A stretch of 64,000 nucleotides of DNA from Pelomyxa schiedti. Its lineage: Eukaryota > Protista > Evosea. The DNA lies in the NCBI GenBank assembly GCA_020536535.1, contig JAHLWZ010000862.1:5101-69100 (forward strand), in the 5' to 3' direction. Of this stretch, positions 61,326-64,000 are shown one piece after another; the stretch's first letter is position 1; each line of letters begins with the position of its first letter. The position numbers were made by a program, and so were the translations under genes. The notes under the pieces are model-generated. The model did no database searches. It was not told the DNA's origin and saw only the letters and a list, made by a program, of their open reading frames with translations.

Positions 61326-64000
61326 GAAACACTCGGATTCCTTACAGCTACATACTACCACGACTGTTCTGGATGTCCCTCGGTAAAACCTCCAAGTTTA
61401 TCTCTATTCTATATCTTACTTCTTTCAGAGCTGCAATATTGAAAATTATTCCCTTCAGGACCAAGTTTGCTCTGCTTCACTTTTCCTTTCTTCCTTCTCA
61501 CACAAGCCAAGGTTGAACATTGTAGGCTTTCCGGTATGCCAGACTTGAACCAGTCAAACTCTTACGTGGAGAGCACACTCGATTCCTGGATACAGGACCT
61601 TGTCGATACGTATGATGTAGACGGTATTCGCATTGATACTGTCCCCGAGGTACAGAGAGAATCACTAATGATTTACTTACTTTCAATAGGTGGCAAAGTC
61701 TTTTTGGACTGGGTTCCAGGCTTCAGCGGGTGTTTTCGGAATTGGCGAAGTGTACGATAGTAGAGTCGATTATGTTGCTGGATACCAGGGCTATGTTGAC
61801 TCTGTGCTTAGCTATCCAATGTTTGACACTTTGAGAGTATGAAGAATCGTCCAAGAATATCTAATCAACAATTGTTAGGGTGTATTCGAAAGTAAGAATT
61901 CTATGTATGATATACAGAATGAGCTCAACTCCTATTTTTACGACATAAATGCTCACTGAGAAACACTCGGATTCCTTACAGCTACATACTACCACGACTG
62001 TTCTGGATGTCCCTCGGTAAAACCTCCAAGTTTATCTCTATTCTATATCTTACTTCTTTCAGAGCTGCAATATTGAAAATTATTCCCTTCAGGACCAAGT
62101 TTGCTCTGCTTCACTTTTCCTTTCTTCCTTCTCACACAAGCCAAGGTTGAACATTGTAGGCTTTCCGGTATGCCAGACTTGAACCAGTCAAACTCTTACG
62201 TGGAGAGCACACTCGATTCCTGGATACAGGACCTTGTCGATACGTATGATGTAGACGGTATTCGCATTGATACTGTCCCCGAGGTACAGAGAGAATCACT
62301 AATGATTTACTTACTTTCAATAGGTGGCAAAGTCTTTTTGGACTGGGTTCCAGGCTTCAGCGGGTGTTTTCGGAATTGGCGAAGTGTACGATAGTAGAGT
62401 CGATTATGTTGCTGGATACCAGGGCTATGTTGACTCTGTGCTTAGCTATCCAATGTTTGACACTTTGAGAGTATGAAGAATCGTCCAAGAATATCTAATC
62501 AACAATTGTTAGGGTGTATTCGAAAGTAAGAATTCTATGTATGATATACAGAATGAGCTCAACTCCTATTTTTACGACATAAATGCTCACTGAGAAACAC
62601 TCGGATTCCTTACAGCTACATACTACCACGACTGTTCTGGATGTCCCTCGGTAAAACCTCCAAGTTTATCTCTATTCTATATCTTACTTCTTTCAGAGCT
62701 GCAATATTGAAAATTATTCCCTTCAGGACCAAGTTTGCTCTGCTTCACTTTTCCTTTCTTCCTTCTCACACAAGCCAAGGTTGAACATTGTAGGCTTTCC
62801 GGTATGCCAGACTTGAACCAGTCAAACTCTTACGTGGAGAGCACACTCGATTCCTGGATACAGGACCTTGTCGATACGTATGATGTAGACGGTATTCGCA
62901 TTGATACTGTCCCCGAGGTACAGAGAGAATCACTAATGATTTACTTACTTTCAATAGGTGGCAAAGTCTTTTTGGACTGGGTTCCAGGCTTCAGCGGGTG
63001 TTTTCGGAATTGGCGAAGTGTACGATAGTAGAGTCGATTATGTTGCTGGATACCAGGGCTATGTTGACTCTGTGCTTAGCTATCCAATGTTTGACACTTT
63101 GAGAGTATGAAGAATCGTCCAAGAATATCTAATCAACAATTGTTAGGGTGTATTCGAAAGTAAGAATTCTATGTATGATATACAGAATGAGCTCAACTCC
63201 TATTTTTACGACATAAATGCTCACTGAGAAACACTCGGATTCCTTACAGCTACATACTACCACGACTGTTCTGGATGTCCCTCGGTAAAACCTCCAAGTT
63301 TATCTCTATTCTATATCTTACTTCTTTCAGAGCTGCAATATTGAAAATTATTCCCTTCAGGACCAAGTTTGCTCTGCTTCACTTTTCCTTTCTTCCTTCT
63401 CACACAAGCCAAGGTTGAACATTGTAGGCTTTCCGGTATGCCAGACTTGAACCAGTCAAACTCTTACGTGGAGAGCACACTCGATTCCTGGATACAGGAC
63501 CTTGTCGATACGTATGATGTAGACGGTATTCGCATTGATACTGTCCCCGAGGTACAGAGAGAATCACTAATGATTTACTTACTTTCAATAGGTGGCAAAG
63601 TCTTTTTGGACTGGGTTCCAGGCTTCAGCGGGTGTTTTCGGAATTGGCGAAGTGTACGATAGTAGAGTCGATTATGTTGCTGGATACCAGGGCTATGTTG
63701 ACTCTGTGCTTAGCTATCCAATGTTTGACACTTTGAGAGTATGAAGAATCGTCCAAGAATATCTAATCAACAATTGTTAGGGTGTATTCGAAAGTAAGAA
63801 TTCTATGTATGATATACAGAATGAGCTCAACTCCTATTTTTACGACATAAATGCTCACTGAGAAACACTCGGATTCCTTACAGCTACATACTACCACGAC
63901 TGTTCTGGATGTCCCTCGGTAAAACCTCCAAGTTTATCTCTATTCTATATCTTACTTCTTTCAGAGCTGCAATATTGAAAATTATTCCCTTCAGGACCAA
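60710..64000 (+). repeat. Head-to-tail 634-bp tandem array, 5 full copies plus a partial one (starts 60710, 61344, 61978, 62612, 63246, 63880), extends beyond the window
   Basis: Identical 97-aa and 62-aa ORFs recur every 634 bp; each unit begins acagctacatactacc and ends gagaaacactcggattcctt; no differences between copies were seen by eye. Confidence 0.98.

Noticed and set aside
60710-64000. CRISPR-like array, or five separate 97-aa genes
   Set aside because: The units are 634 bp, identical and without spacers, and they are internal amylase exons plus introns; the 97-aa and 62-aa ORFs are read-through or antisense by-products.

Overview
Eukaryotic, very gene-dense DNA (about 26 protein genes in 64 kb, intergenic gaps often under 150 bp) with many short, mostly 40-70 nt, spliceosomal introns. 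The six-frame ORF track therefore shows exon fragments; the gene models below were joined by hand using GT/AG boundaries and reading-frame continuity, and all family assignments come from motif recognition, not database searches. A Desulfovibrio-type ATP sulfurylase with an N-terminal presequence, an MPP-alpha subunit, ankyrin-like repeat genes and several bacterial-looking intron-containing genes suggest an anaerobic amoebozoan with a mitochondrion-related organelle (Archamoebae, Pelomyxa-like; inference). Genes in order: 3' end of a possible actin-binding protein, bromodomain+ET protein, GRAM membrane protein, Pro/Gln-rich orphan, HMG-box, ATP sulfurylase, ankyrin-like, SDR, MPP-alpha, Rab, triple-RGS protein, orphan, divergent eIF4A, riboflavin kinase, TM2D-like, orphan, VIT-vWA protein, TauE/SafE transporter, TARG1-like macrodomain, NIC2-like nicotinamidase, leishmanolysin, VPS13, calcineurin A, ferritin-like (DUF2383-type) protein, SAM methyltransferase, LMBR1-like, and a GH13 alpha-amylase interrupted by an apparently perfect 634-bp tandem array that runs off the window. 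Top leads: the head-to-head macrodomain/nicotinamidase pair, the intron-bearing bacterial-type ferritin-like gene with an apparent frameshift, the 634-bp array with a frame-preserving junction, the Rab with Q-to-E in switch II, and the organelle sulfate-activation/import genes. No rRNA, tRNA, CRISPR or transposase was recognised.
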